Shown in pieces: positions 1 to 14,520 of a DNA stretch of 64,000 nucleotides. The notes beneath the pieces are model-generated. The model saw only the letters and a list, made by a program, of their open reading frames with translations. It made no database searches and was not told where the DNA came from. Each line of letters begins with the position of its first letter. Positions within the stretch are counted from its first letter, which is position 1. Source of the stretch: the human T2T-CHM13v2.0 reference genome, Homo sapiens; the NCBI RefSeq assembly GCF_009914755.1, contig NC_060926.1; one strand, 5' to 3'. Position numbers and translations under genes: made by a program.

Positions 1-182
1 CATGAGCATTCCTCAAACTCTGCCTGAATGTCTCCAGAGCCCGAGAACTCACCGCTTCTTTGGTGGCCCCTTCCAGCTGGGGACAGTTCTGAAATAAAGC
101 TCTTCCTTCTCAGCACACCTGTCTCCTGTGACTGCTACCCACTTGTCCCCAGAGAAGAAAGAAGGCCCAGAGCCACCCTCTA

Positions 183-465
<283 letters not shown>

Positions 466-474
466 AACAACAGG

Positions 475-843
<369 letters not shown>

Positions 844-2329
844 TCAAGACTCTGAACAGTCAAGAAGTAACAGGGCTCATAGAATGCTGATCGGCTTCCC
901 ACCGGACCCAAAGGATCAGGCCCAGACCAGCTCTGACCCCAGCAGACAGGGTGTAATGGAAGGGATCATGGAGGCAGGCACCATATGCCAGGACTGATGG
1001 ATCAGCAGACATTTTCCTGCCTGTCTGTCCACTCCAGGTATATTTTCACCCCCGTCCCTTGAGGCCCCTGTCCTATTCTACTCATTCACCCCCTCCCTCC
1101 TTCCTCTCACCACAAGCTCACCCAAGGCACATCTGCAAATGCTTCAATAACCTTCGATTTAACACCTAAAACGTCAGCTACCTAAGGGTAGAATTTTAAT
1201 CCATTTTATTCACTATTGTATCCCAAGTGCCCAGAAGAATGCCTGGAAGAATAGTAGGTACTCATTAAATATTTAAATACTTAATGAATGAATACCTACT
1301 GCGCACTTTTACTTACTTTTCTCTAAATTAAATATTCACCAGGAAGGGCTGATGGCCCCCACTTTATTCACTGATTCAATGAACACTTACTGAGATTTTT
1401 CCCATGTGCCAGGCATGTGGTACATCATTATGGCTTAAGAAGTGCCCAGTGGCACCTCCAGAGAGGTAGGGTGACCTGCAAAGGTCACACAGCAGTCTGT
1501 AGCAAAGGAGGACTGGGCTCCAGGCTCCCTGGCCTCTGGAGCTCAGATCTCTTTCCATGACACCAGAGGCTTGTGATCGCAAGACAGGGCAGACTGGCAG
1601 CACACACACCCAGCTAGGCGCCAGGCTGCAGGGCACTGTGGGGCCCATGCTGAGGGACAGACGAGTGACTTGCAGCCAGCTGTCCCAAGTGCCTGGCCTG
1701 GCCTGGCCAGAGCCTGACGGCTTCCAGCTGTCACAGCTAGTTAGTGTGGGCTCCTCCCAGAAGAGGGCACCAGTGACTTGCATGGACTTGTGCCCTCCCT
1801 ACCCAGGCCCACAGACTCCTGCACGCAAATCAACGAATGCCCCAATTATGGATCTAGGAAGGCAGAAGGCAAGTCATGTTCCAGGCTCTGTGCCAGGCCC
1901 TTTTAAATAGTTAATCTTCATTTGAATATTTAATATAATAATTTAATGTCATTACTACAACGTAAGTCAGATCATGTAATTCTTCTGCTCAAAGCCCTAA
2001 GATGACTTCTCATTTCACCAGGAACAAAAGCGCCATGGCCTGCAAAATTCTAGGCCATCTGGCTTCTGCTGCCTGTCTGACCCATTTCCTTCCACTCTCC
2101 CCTTGCTCCCTCCATCCTCTCTGGCCTTCGTCTTGGAGCCCACCAGGCATATTCCCACCTCTGCCAGAAGCAGCCCTCCCCAGACATTTGCATCATTTGC
2201 TTTCTTACTCAAGATTGGCTCAAATGTTCCCAGTGGGGCCAACTCCAGCCACACCCTATTTGAAAGTGCAATCTCCCACCACACTCACATTTGCCTTAAG
2301 CTTTGTCCACAGTGCTTACCTCCTTGTAA

Positions 2330-2734
<405 letters not shown>

Positions 2735-3169
2735 TAAAAGCAGCATGGGAGCAGAAATCTTTGTCTGTTCACTGCTATATCCCTAGTCCCTAGCACAGTG
2801 CCAGTACATAGTAGAAACTCAAAAATATTTGTGGATGAATAAATAAAAAAATTATGGATGAATAAATAATTAAAACCCTGAGTTGTGCTACCTCCATTCT
2901 ATAGATGAGGAAACCGAGGCTTAGAGATGCTAGGTAACTTGCTTGAGATCGCATCGTTCATTTATTCAACCAACTTACTAACCAGCCAACATTTACAGTC
3001 TACCCACTGCATTCCACACACATTTAGAGGCACAGTGTTGGGTGGCTTTGGGTTATTTGTTTTTCGAAATACTCTCTATTCCTTTTTTCTTGATATACCA
3101 TCTGTTTGCAATGACTTCCCCCATATTGTCACCTTCTAGAATTCAATTTACACTTTAGAATTCGATTCA

Positions 3170-3350
3170 TCATCAGTGGTTGCCAGAGGTTGGTGGAGGG
3201 GGTCTATGGTAGAGTCTATGACTCCGAAGGGGGTACATGAGCTAGTATTTGGGGTGATGGAATTGTTTGCTCTGTATGGTCCTGGAGTGGCAGATACATG
3301 ATTCTATGCATTTGTCAAAACCCAGAGAACTGCACCTCATAAAAAAATAA
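3170..3350 (+). mobile_element. Old L1 (L1M-type) 3' fragment
   Basis: tcagtggttgccagagg...ggtgatggaa...catttgtcaaaaccca..gaactg motif. Confidence 0.65.
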
Positions 3351-3356
3351 ACTTTA

Positions 3357-3655
<299 letters not shown>

Positions 3656-3939
3656 TTAATGTATGCAAACTGTAAAAAAAATTATTCCTCAAGGTTCTTA
3701 ACCTCTATGGATGTAATTCAGTGTTTAAATGGTTCCTCCTATACCTTTTACACACTGTCTCTCGCGCTCTCTCTCTTTCTCTTTGACTTCAGTATCCCAG
3801 AATGAGGATGGGGAAGAGGAGGCAAGGGTAAGAGTAACATTCTCTGCCTCTGAATACTCATGGCTCCTCTCAGCCCTTCCTGGGTTTCATCCCTCAGGGC
3901 TCAAGGTCAGGCCTGGGTCTCCTACTTGGACTTCTTAAA

Positions 3940-4240
3940 AAATTTTTTACTTTATGATAACTGTAGATTCACAGGCAATTATAAGAAATAATGCAGAGAG
4001 ATCCTGAATTACCTTCACTTGGTTTCCTCCTAGGGTAACATCTTGTATGACTATAGTACAGCATCACAACCAGGAAAGGGGCATTGGTATAATCCACCTA
4101 CCTTCTGCAAGTTTTACCAGTGTTACATGTACTGTTAGTGTTGCGTACAAGTGCAAATGCACATTTAGTTCTATGCAACTTTATCACTTGTGTAGATCCA
4201 CATAACCACCACCATTACCACTGTCAAGATACAGAACTGT
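3940..4240 (-). mobile_element. Old L1 (L1MC-like) 3' fragment
   Basis: tgtagattcacagg..ttataagaaataat.cagagagatcc motif; AT-rich. Confidence 0.6.
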
Positions 4241-4243
4241 TCT

Positions 4244-4591
<348 letters not shown>

Positions 4592-5570
4592 TGATGTTTC
4601 TCAACGTGCAACACTTAGGCACATCAGAATCAGTTGAGTCATTTGTTAAATGTGCAGATTCCTCCCAGCTCAGCTGCTGAACCAGTGTGGGGCAAGGAGG
4701 CTGGGAATCTGGCCTTTACTTGAACTGGCCGTCATTTCTATCCATCCTCCACTTTGTGGCCGCCAAGAGGATCCTCCTAAGACACAGCTCCCACCGTGTT
4801 TTTTCTGCCGCTTAAAGCTGTGTAGTGGCGCCCCCTGCTTTCAGGGTAGAGAAACCAAAGCCTTAGCAAACAAAGCCTTCTCCAGGCCCCACCTCCCTTC
4901 TTCCACTCACCCCACCCACTACGCTTCAATCCCTCCAAACCTCTCTAATTCCCAGGACGCCTTTGTTTTCATCAGGCTCATTTTGTTCATGCCGTTCCCT
5001 CTGCCTGGAATGTCCTGCCCACTCTTTTCTGCCTATTGCAACCCTATTCCACCACCCATTCTTACAGATGAGGACTTGGAGGTTGAGAGAGGTTTGGTGT
5101 CACCCAGCAAGTAAGGGCAGGGCGCAGTGGAGGCCCCAATCCACCTGACTCCCAGGCTCCTGGTCTTACTGTTCGCCAGCTGTAATGGAGGCGCTGGGGG
5201 AGGCCATGGTCCCTCTTCGGAGCTGTCTGCTCACCTCCACTTGGGCCTGCCTCCCCATCCACCTCTCAGGCATCTCACCAGGACCGTTCCTCTTCTTCCC
5301 CTCCCAGCGAAGCCGGGCAGGGATGAGGGTTCTGAGATGAGGGAGGAAGGGAAATGGGATTGAGCCCAGGGGTAACCTGACTCCCTGCAGTGGGTCGTGT
5401 GGGGGCCAGGCACACTACGGAGGGGAAAGCCTGGAACAAATACCGAGGGACTCCCTTAAGCCGGGCCGGCGATGGGGGCTCCTGGAGGGAGAGAAGGAGC
5501 CAAGTGGAGTCAAGTCCCTCCCCTGCTGCCCCCTCCCTCCACGGCTCCCTCGCAACCCGAGCCGGGGGGC

Positions 5571-5580
5571 CTAAAAATAG
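5571..5580 (+). promoter_or_regulatory. MEF2 site CTAAAAATAG
   Basis: Exact match to CTA(A/T)4TAG ~180 nt upstream of the ATG of a muscle gene. Confidence 0.8.
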
Positions 5581-5757
5581 CCCCCAGGCGCAATCGCCTG
5601 CCGCCCCGGTGACCTTCTGGGTAGCACAGGCCGAAGGCGGGCGGGCAGCAGGAAGGCAGGCCGCCGGCCCCCCAGACTTGTCTCCTAGGGCACCGTCCCG
5701 CGGGTGCCCCCGTGGCCGCCCAGTTCCGGCGTCCCCCCAGCCCAGCTCTCAGTGGCC

Positions 5758-6145
5758 ATGCAGAAAGCCCGGGGCACGCGAGGCGAGGATGCGGGCACGA
5801 GGGCACCCCCCAGCCCCGGAGTGCCCCCGAAAAGGGCCAAGGTGGGGGCCGGCGGCGGGGCTCCTGTGGCCGTGGCCGGGGCGCCAGTCTTCCTGCGGCC
5901 CCTGAAGAACGCGGCGGTGTGCGCGGGCAGCGACGTGCGGCTGCGGGTGGTGGTGAGCGGGACGCCCCAGCCCAGCCTCCGCTGGTTCCGGGATGGGCAG
6001 CTCCTGCCCGCGCCGGCCCCCGAGCCCAGCTGCCTGTGGCTGCGGCGCTGCGGGGCGCAGGACGCCGGCGTGTACAGCTGCATGGCCCAGAACGAGCGGG
6101 GCCGGGCCTCCTGCGAGGCGGTGCTCACAGTGCTGGAGGTCGGAG
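5758..6145 (+). CDS. SPEG: SPEG exon 1 (N-terminus, first Ig domain)
   Basis: GCCATG start; PVFLRPLKN...DAGVYSC Ig I-set motif; donor G|GTAAAG, phase 1. Confidence 0.97.
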
Positions 6146-9100
6146 GTAAAGGGCAGGTGGGGGCCGCGCCCGGCAGGGGCGGGGTGCTCAGAGGTAGAAA
6201 AGGGCTGCCCAGGCCACGCGGGTAAGGTACTGGATACTGGTTCCGCCGCCTTCTTCCCAGGTGCCCTGGCTTCTCGGCTGCCCGGCCCCAGAAGTGAGAC
6301 GAAGAGCCAAGTGCAGGGAATGGGGTGTCAAGGTAGAGAGGCTCCCCACAGGAAGGTCAGAGGTCAAGGGGCAGCAAGCGGTTGATAAGCCAAGCCTGAG
6401 ACCCACTCCCACCTCTCAGGGAATTCTGGGGTGGAAGTTCTTCTCCTCCTGTGGAGAAAAGCCTCCTGGGGGAAAGGGTGTCCTTCAGTTCCATGATTTA
6501 AACTTGAGATTGACACTCCGATCAGCTCCTTAACAGGGGAGTCCATGTCCGAAGGAGGGGGCCAGCTCCTCTGGTCCAGGCTGCACTGTTGAAGGGATGG
6601 CTCAGAGCTCCCTGCAGGCCATTGCCGTGGCAGGGTTGATGTGGTCAGCTCTAGGTGGGGTGTGGAAGAGGCCTATGGTTGGCCACGTGTGAACAGGGTC
6701 CAGGGTAGGAGGAGGTGGAGCCCGAGCCAGGGCCCCATGGGCATGAATGGAGGTGAGTGCTTGAGAATCCACATGCAGGTGTGTGCCTGCATGGGTGCTG
6801 TGGAGGGCCCTGGATTCTGTGTGGTGGTGCAAACAGGTGAGGTATGGGCACGTGGAGCTGGAATGGGAAGCTCCTGGACCATGTCTACCTGAGCTTCCAG
6901 AGTGGATGTTTCCAGAGCATGGAAGGGGGATGCTATGGACCAGTGCTTGTCCCCCGCCCATAGATTTCCAGGTGCAGTGTGAAGAAAAGGCTGAGGGTCT
7001 GAGGCAGAAGGGGAGGGCAAGAGGCTGGGCCCAGTGCTCATGGTCCAGCTGGGGCTACCATGGAGGCCAGGCCAGGGCCGTTAGCCTTGGATCCATTTGG
7101 GGGCTTCCTTTTTGATTTCCTCAGTCCTTGAGTAAGCCAAGTGGTACTTCTCTAGCCAAAGGCAGAGCCTTGGGCAGGCTGCGCCTTGAGAAACAGAATT
7201 CTGAGGAAGTAGGCTACAGCTGGGAGAGATGGCAAGGAGCTGGGGGTTCACTCCCTTGGACGTTTCTAAGAGGGACATGTCACTCCCCTGGGTGCTGCTG
7301 TGTAGGGGTAAATCCTTGGAGGCTGGGGAGGAGGCACAGGGAGGAAAGCCCTCAGCAGCAGGTGGGCAAGAAGTCTCTAGGACACAGCCAAGTCAGGAGA
7401 GGGAGCCGGGCTGGCCTCCCTCCATCGGCATCTCCTCCCCCCAGCCCTGCTCTGCCCACCTTCCTGGAGTCTCTGTGGCCAGGCCTGGGCCAGAGAGGGC
7501 CAAGGCTGGCGTCTCCTGGTTGGCCTAGCACCTGGACAAGTACAGGCCTCCCGAGCCTGGGATCAGGGGATGGGGTGCATTCTAGCAGACTTCGGAGCTG
7601 GGGAAGGTGTGGACTCCTTGGGGATCTCAGCTCTGGTCCCCCCAGGGGCAAAGAGGGCTGAAAATAGAACATAGATCAAAGGGTAAGATAGATGAGTTGA
7701 TGAGAATATGACTGGGGGAGAGATTAGGGAAGGGAACGAAAGAGCTGACAAGGAGAGTAACAGTCATAATATAAGTTAAGGTTGGAAAGGACCACAGAGA
7801 ACTGCAGCTCCAAACACATCCTTTCACAGGCAAGGACACTGTGGGCCAAAGATCAGGGAGCTCTGCCTAAGACGTACTAGTCTAGTTAGAGACATAGCTA
7901 GTTATGGCCATCCCAGAACTAAGAACCCAGTCCTCCTGGTTTTGGTTCTGGGGGCCTTGTACTCCTCAAGAAGTTCTGGAGAGAGAGGAAAGAGCGAGAG
8001 AGGGAGGGAGAGTACTGGGAAAGTAGCTGTCACATGATTGGCCCAGGCCTGGCATTTCTCAAGATGGATGTCTCCTGGCCTGCCTTGGTCCCTCAAAGTG
8101 GTAAGTGGTGATGAGGTGTGAGAGCCCCCAGCAGGGCTGTTTGCTCAGCCTCTCTGCAGTCTTGGTGGTGTGGTCAGCAGCGCTGAGCCTGGCTGGGCGT
8201 ACCTAGACAGAGGCCAGGCTGACAGTGTGCAGGCTGGGCTGCTCTGGTGGAACAGCAGGCTTGAGAGGCTTGGGGTAAGAAAAGGGCCCTGGGTGTTGTG
8301 GGGCTGGATCAGGGGCCCTCTGACATTCATATGAGAATAGGAAGAGGACTGGGCTGCAGCAAATAACCTTTGAGAACATGTCCTGATTGTGTAGATAGAA
8401 GGTGGCAGAACAGGTGGAGGCCTCAGTCTGTCCCACTGCAAAGAACCATGTGTGTAACTATTACACCTATCCCACATGCTTTGGAGGAGGGAGGGGCTTT
8501 GCTTTGGTGATGCTGGGGGACTGACTGGGTGAATCTGGCTTCCTATCCCTTCTGTTGCCCACCCCCACCAGCCCCTGCCCAGTGATAGCTCCTGCTCCAG
8601 GGCAGCTGGGCAAGCAGCTCGGCATTGCTCAGACTTACTCATGGAAAACTTTCTTGGTTGGAAACAACAGCAGGAGGACTTCAGGGTACTCGAGGAAGCC
8701 AAGCAAGGACCTGGCTGCAGACGGAAGGACATGCTTTCCTGGCTGGGATTGCTGGCTCAATAAGACAAAGTGATGCTAGGTTCCTGGCACTCCTGAAGCC
8801 GGATATGTTAGCTCAAGGATGGAAGGATTTGGGCATGGCTCTGGAAAGTTGGGGTCATGAGAAGGCAAGTGGGCTACAGCCTGGAAAATTTGGAGGATGG
8901 GAAACTGGGGGTGGTGGTGCTGAGATTTGGGGGATGTAGAAATGAGGGAAGAATCGGAAACAAAGGAGGTGAAGATAGCAGAAATGCAGGATACTTGTAG
9001 AATCCTTAACATGCGTAAGTACCCTGTCTCATTTAATTATTTAATCTTCCAAACCCTAGGTTACTGTTATGACCATTATTCATATAGAAAAACTGGGGTT

Positions 9101-10880
9101 CAAAGAGGAAATTTACCTAAGTTCCCATGGCTAGTGAGGTGCCAGAGCCAGGTCTGAAAGCCAGGTATCTGAGTCTGGGTCCATACTGCTTGTCCACAGA
9201 AAGAGAAGTGTGGGAAGACTGTCAAGGATTTGTCATCGTCACCATCTTTCTCCGTCAATATCTCCAAATCCATCTCTGGCCTAGTCTCCAAGATAGGCAG
9301 GCATTCTTCTTTTTCAAAATATCAGGCTCCCACTTGCACAGGCTGAGGAGCCACATGCAAATCCAGAGACCACAGCAAGTGCTACCCTCAAAGCTGTGGG
9401 TGTGCGTGTGTGGCTGAAGAGCAGACCTGCACTAAAGGGCAGAGGGGAAGCAGGAGAAGGCACAGCCGAGAGAAGAGGTGAGCTGATGATGCTCACATGG
9501 TGTGTTAGTTGGAGCTTCATAGCTAGGGTCTGGAAGATTCTGGTGTTAATCAGAAGGGCCAAAGATCAAAACATGGTAATGAACCATCCTGGGGACTCAA
9601 AGGCTTGGAGAGGAGAGCTTAGAGATAGGGAGAGAGGGCCAACTTAGGCAAGGAAAGGGTAGAGGAATGTACCAGAACCTGTGTTGAGGAATATTCTGCA
9701 GTTATTCTTTTTCACCTGGAATTTAGAATGTCTGGCTAGAGAAGCCAGGTGGAAAGTAGTATGGAGCTGGGAATGGGTATGGGGAGTGTCAACATGCATG
9801 CATGCCAAGTGCTGACCAGTGAGCGGAGGAGAGGCCAGAGTGGGAGCAGAGAGGAGCTCTGGGACCCTCTCCAGGGGAATCCTGAGTGGAATGAGAGATG
9901 GTCACTTTTCTGGCTAAAGACCTCTGGGGACAGAATATGGGTTAGGACAGAGAAGGGGGAAGGCTGGATGAGTGGAAGCCGTTGCAGGAAGATTTACTGT
10001 CCCCGTTCCCATCACTGCTTACCCTCTCCACCTGCAGCTCTGCCACCCCCTCCCATATTTATTGAGTGCCTACTATGTGCTTTTGATACACGAGTCAGGG
10101 GGTTGAGGGAGACCAAAATTTATGTCCTCCAGGGGATAACTTTCTAGTGAGGGGAGACAGACAATACACAATAAACATAGTAAATAGGTAAATTACACAG
10201 TATGTCAGAAATACAGAGCAGGGTCGTAAATGAGAGAAGGGAGAAACTGAACTGAGGCAGGAAAGAGGAGACAAAAGGGAGGTGGGGTGGGAGCTTGTGG
10301 CATAGGATGGAGATTTGGATTTTCTCTGGTTGGAGGGAAATGCTGGCAGTGCAGAAATTGGAAGTCTGGGTTTGGGGGAGTGGCAGGGAGACACAGCTGC
10401 CCAGCTATGGGAGAAAAATGGGGCAATCTGGGGCCAGCTGGGGAGGCCCACCCAGAGAGCATGTTCCAGGCCAGCCCTTCAGGAGTGAGCAGTGCCGACC
10501 CAGAGCAGGAACACAGAATCCTGCCGGCCCCTCCTGGGCCCAGCTGTCCCGTCACTCACGCCCGCTGCCCATTGGTTATTTTTGCTACGGAATGTGCCAG
10601 CCCCTTGGATTCTCCTGGGGAACAGGGGCTCAAGTTACCCCCTCTCATCACTCAGCTCCCCATCTGTGAGTGGGTGTGTTTAGGGGTGTACATGGAAAGT
10701 GCCCATGGGTGTCCAGGGTCCTCTGGCTGGAACGAGTGTGGACACACATATGTGCCCTCTCAGCACACGTCCCTGTGCATGTGTCTGTACTTGTAATTTG
10801 CTTTGATGCTCTAGGAAACAAGAACACCTGTATGCACCCAGAATGTACAAGACATGACCTAAACTTTAGAATAAAAGAGC

Positions 10881-11195
10881 AGCCAGGTGCGGTGGCTCAT
10901 GCCTATCATCCCAGCATTTTGGAATGCCGAGGCAGGAGAATAGCTTGAGCCCAGGAGTTCGAGACCAGCTTGTGTAAGATAATAAGACTTCATCTCTACT
11001 TAATATTTTTTTAAAAATTAGCTGGGCATGATGGCATGCACCTGTAGTCTCAGGTACAAGGGGGGCTGAGGTGGGGGGAATCTCTTGAGCCCAGGTGGTC
11101 AAGGTTGCAGTGAGCCATGATGGCACCGCTGCACTCTAGCCTGGACAACAGAGTGAGACCTAGTCTCTAAAACAATAAAGAAATCTAAAATAAGA
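10881..11195 (+). mobile_element. Alu (J-type)
   Basis: Diverged dimer; ttgagcccaggagttcgag. Confidence 0.9.
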
Positions 11196-11329
11196 TAAAG
11201 GGGCCACAGACTCAAATAACTGCAGGGGTCAAGTAGAAACTGAAAATGAGGGAGGTGCGCTGAGCTCAGGCATGATTGCTCCAGCCCAAACATTGTGCAG
11301 GCTGAACAAAACTCATCAGTCTGTCCCTG

Positions 11330-11342
11330 TATTTATTTTATT

Positions 11343-11382
<40 letters not shown>

Positions 11383-11482
11383 AGCAGAGTCTTGCTCTGT
11401 CACCCAGGTTGGAGTACAGTGGTGCGATCTCTGCTCACTACAACCTCGCCTCCTGGGCATAAGTGATTCTCATGCATCTGCC
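11330..11482 (-). mobile_element. Partial Alu with (TTTA)n tail
   Basis: (ttta)n then cagagtcttgctctgtcacccagg. Confidence 0.85.
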
Positions 11483-11484
11483 TA

Positions 11485-11650
11485 GGTTGGAATTCTGGCT
11501 CCCTCAATTTATTGGCCATGTGACCTTGGGCAAGTAACCTCTCTGTGTCTCAGTCTTCCTCTTGTCGTGAGGATTAAATGAGCTCATTCACATAGAGTGC
11601 TTAGCACAATGCCTGGTACATACCAAACACGCAATAACTGTTAATAGTTA
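11485..11650 (+). mobile_element. MIR
   Basis: tgtgaccttgggcaagt..cctctctgtgtctcagt...gtgaggattaaatgag. Confidence 0.75.
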
Positions 11651-12634
11651 CTTAGTAGTCACAGCTCAGAAATCAGGATTGGCACTACCTGTGCTCACTG
11701 GGATGATAATTCCCATCTCCAGGACACATGGAGTCCTAGAACCTGTATGGCTTTGACTAAGTGATAGGACTTCTCTGAGACTCAGTCACTTGTCAGTTAA
11801 ATGGGTATAGGATTATTCATAAGGGTTTCCAGCTCATGGGGTTATTGTAAATGAGGTAACATTTGTAAAGTGCCTGGCACTTAGTAACTGCTAAACAAAC
11901 ATAGCTATAATGGTCATGGGGAGGATAGAATTTTGTGTATGCAAAGTGTGCATAGTGCTGAATAGGGCAGGGATCGGGTGGAACACACAAAATATTTGGT
12001 GAGTGTGCTTCCCTGTGATTGAGAACACTGGCCAACTTTGTGAATAATGGGGGTACCTCTGTGCACCTTTGCTTGTGTGTGTGAATGTACGGGGGTAGGG
12101 GGCCGCGCATGGGACAATCGCGAGGTAAGGCAAGATAAAGCCCTCTCTGGCTTTCTTGAGAAGCCTTAGGGTTTTCACAGTCTGAGTCCATGTTAACACG
12201 CAGTCCACACCCGCCAGGACCCTTGCCCTGCGTTTGACCTAGGCGCCCCCACCCGGCGCTGTGCCCTTCGGCGAGTTCGGTTCTGCCTGGCACAGTGTGT
12301 GTGCGCGCATGTTTGTGGAATGAGCAAGTCGAGATGCTGCTGACCTTCCAGAGAGGCCCCGCGGGAGGAGGTGAGGGTGGGAGGAGGCTGCGCTGGGCTG
12401 CCAGAAAGTGGCCTGAGCTAGAGGCCATTGCACCCCTTTCTGTGCCTCAGTTTCCTCATGTGCCTATGGCTCCGGAGGCAGATGCAGGGTGGGGGTCCGT
12501 GGCTCTCGGCGTTAGGAGGTGACCGGTGGTCGTGTAGGGAGGCAGGTGAGGGCCTCCCCGGGGGAAGTAGGGGGACAGGACAAGGAAGGGGCCCCAGGTG
12601 GGGTGCAGGCTGGCGAGGGAGGGGCGGACTCCAG

Positions 12635-12671
12635 CGCCGCCGCCGCCGCTGCTGCCGCCGCCGTCGCCGCC
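12635..12671 (+). repeat. Interrupted (GCC)n repeat in 5'UTR of alternative first exon
   Basis: cgccgccgccgccgctgctgccgccgccgtcgccgcc. Confidence 0.9.
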
Positions 12672-12826
12672 TTACCCCCACCCGGCTCCCGAGGCCCCAG
12701 GCTCCTTCCGCCACCCGCGCCGGCTCCCGCCCGCTCCCCAGCTCGCCCCCGGCCCCGCCTCCGACTCCGCCCCGCCCCCGCCCGTCCCCTCCTCGCCCGG
12801 CCGCCGGCCCGGCCCCCTCCCCCGCC

Positions 12827-12859
12827 ATGAAGAAGCTGTGGGTGAAGAAGCGTTTCCAG
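12827..12859 (+). CDS. SPEG: Alternative first coding exon (MKKLWVKKRFQ)
   Basis: Kozak CCGCCATGA; donor CAG|GTGAGG, phase 0. Confidence 0.85.
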
Positions 12860-13553
12860 GTGAGGGCTCCGGGGGCGGGCGGCGCCGGGAGGGGGCAGGG
12901 AGGCCTGGGCGCCCCGGAGGGAGGGCGGGTCACCGCAGCTGGGCCCGGTGGAGGGGGCGCTGGATCGGCGCCTGCCCCACCCGAGCCCCGCCGAGGGCGG
13001 CGGGCCGGGCGCGATCTAGGGGCGCCCGGGTCTGTGTCCTGAGCGCGCAGGCCCCTCCCCGCGCTGAAGGGCAGATCCCCCGCTCCCCGATCGCCCGCAA
13101 TCCCCGCGACCACCGGGGAAGGCCCCCGCTGCAGCGTTCGGCGTGGAGCGCCCACTTGCTTCTTTGCCACATCTTCTCTCTCCTCTGTCCAACCTCAACC
13201 CCGGGCCCCGGCCCCCCGCCCGGCCTGCCCCAGCCCCCCACTCTGAAGCTTTCCATCTTCCGGAGCTCCTGAAAGCAACGCACACGGATCCGCGCTGAGC
13301 TCAATACATTCCCCAAGCCCTGCCCTGTCCTCCGCGCACCTGGGCCTCCTGCATTCGTGAGGCTCTGGCCCTCTGCCCCCATCATCCCTCCCCCACCCCC
13401 TTGACACCTACCCAGGTTTCTGTCCTCCCCCCAGCAGGAATCTGTGCCCTCGTTCCTCCATCTCCCAGTCACTCAAGCACCCCGCCCCCCGCATCCCCAT
13501 CTTCTCCTTCTCCTCACTGAGCCTGACTACCTCGTCTTCTATCCTCTTTCTCT

Positions 13554-13599
13554 CGGGCTGTTGCCCTGGTCCCGGGCTGTTGCCCTGGTCCCGGGCTGT
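13554..13599. repeat. 19-bp tandem duplication (cgggctgttgccctggtcc x ~2.4)
   Basis: Perfect direct repeat read from sequence. Confidence 0.9.
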
Positions 13600-13883
13600 G
13601 AGCCTCTGTCCAGTGGGATGTTCCAGCTTCCACCTGCAGCCTGCAGTTCTCTCCTTCCTCCCCTGCTCCTCCCAAGAGCCCAGCTGGGTACCCTGGAAGA
13701 AGGCAGGGGAGTCATTCCCTACAGGGGAAGCTGGTCACTCTGGGTCTCTGCCCACCTCCCCTCTCACACACACACTGGCCAGGGAATGAGTTTCTGCTTG
13801 ATGTTGCAGGTCTGGATGGGAGGCACAGGGACCTTAGGAACAAGCCTCCCCCTCAACTACTCATTCTGGCTTTTCTCTTTCAG

Positions 13884-13926
13884 AAAACCGGCCATTCCCG
13901 CCGGGCCTTTGGCCGACTCACCCATG
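13884..13926 (+). CDS. SPEG: Alternative exon (KTGHSRRAFGRLTH) joining exon 2 in frame
   Basis: Acceptor ttttctctttcag|; donor ATG|GTGCGT; enters phase 0, exits phase 1, matching exon 2. Confidence 0.82.
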
Positions 13927-14520
13927 GTGCGTGGACCGTGGGCGTCCTTGCTCTAGCCCATGCCTACTCCTCCTCTTGGTCCCTGTCCCTCTGTGAGGCA
14001 TCGAGTTCCTGAAGACAGCCCATGAGATGTGGAACCCTCCCACTCACCCCCACACTTATCTACCACCCACCCGACCAGGCCCCCTGTGCCCTACAGCTGA
14101 GAGAGGACCCAGCAGAAGGGAGGGCGGCTCACTAGCACACCCCTGCATGGACTGGGTGCCCTGTTCTCCATGTGAGGCCTAATGGGAAGGAGTTCATTGC
14201 CATGCTTTGGCAACCAGTACGTGGCTCCTGCTTGTCATGGCAGCCAGAGGGAAACTGAGGCACAGAACCTGCTAGAATCTGGGAAAGTTGAAAATACTCC
14301 CAGGAACCTTTTCTCCTAACCTAACCACTGGGCATTTTTGAGGACGATTCAACAGTAGAAGGGAGGGACCTTGAGGAAGGTGCCTGTCACATCATGATGC
14401 AGACAGATAAGGGGTTGGTTTGCAAAGAGGGGTCAAAGCACAATGCAAATATTGTAATAGAGGGTGGGCCTGACTCCTAATGGGAGGCCCAGGTCTGCGG
14501 CTGGACTGGACACAAGCAGG

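Larger units (their letters stand above)
5440..6300. promoter_or_regulatory. CpG island promoter of long SPEG isoform
   Basis: Dense CpG, very high GC around exon 1. Confidence 0.85.
12450..13300. promoter_or_regulatory. Intragenic CpG island, alternative promoter (BPEG-type)
   Basis: CpG-dense; GC box GGGGCGG at 12621-12627; contains ATG exon with strong donor. Confidence 0.8.

Noticed and set aside
5704-5757. In-frame GTG-initiated N-terminal extension of exon 1
   Set aside because: Artefact of the ORF caller allowing alternative starts; ATG 5758 has good context
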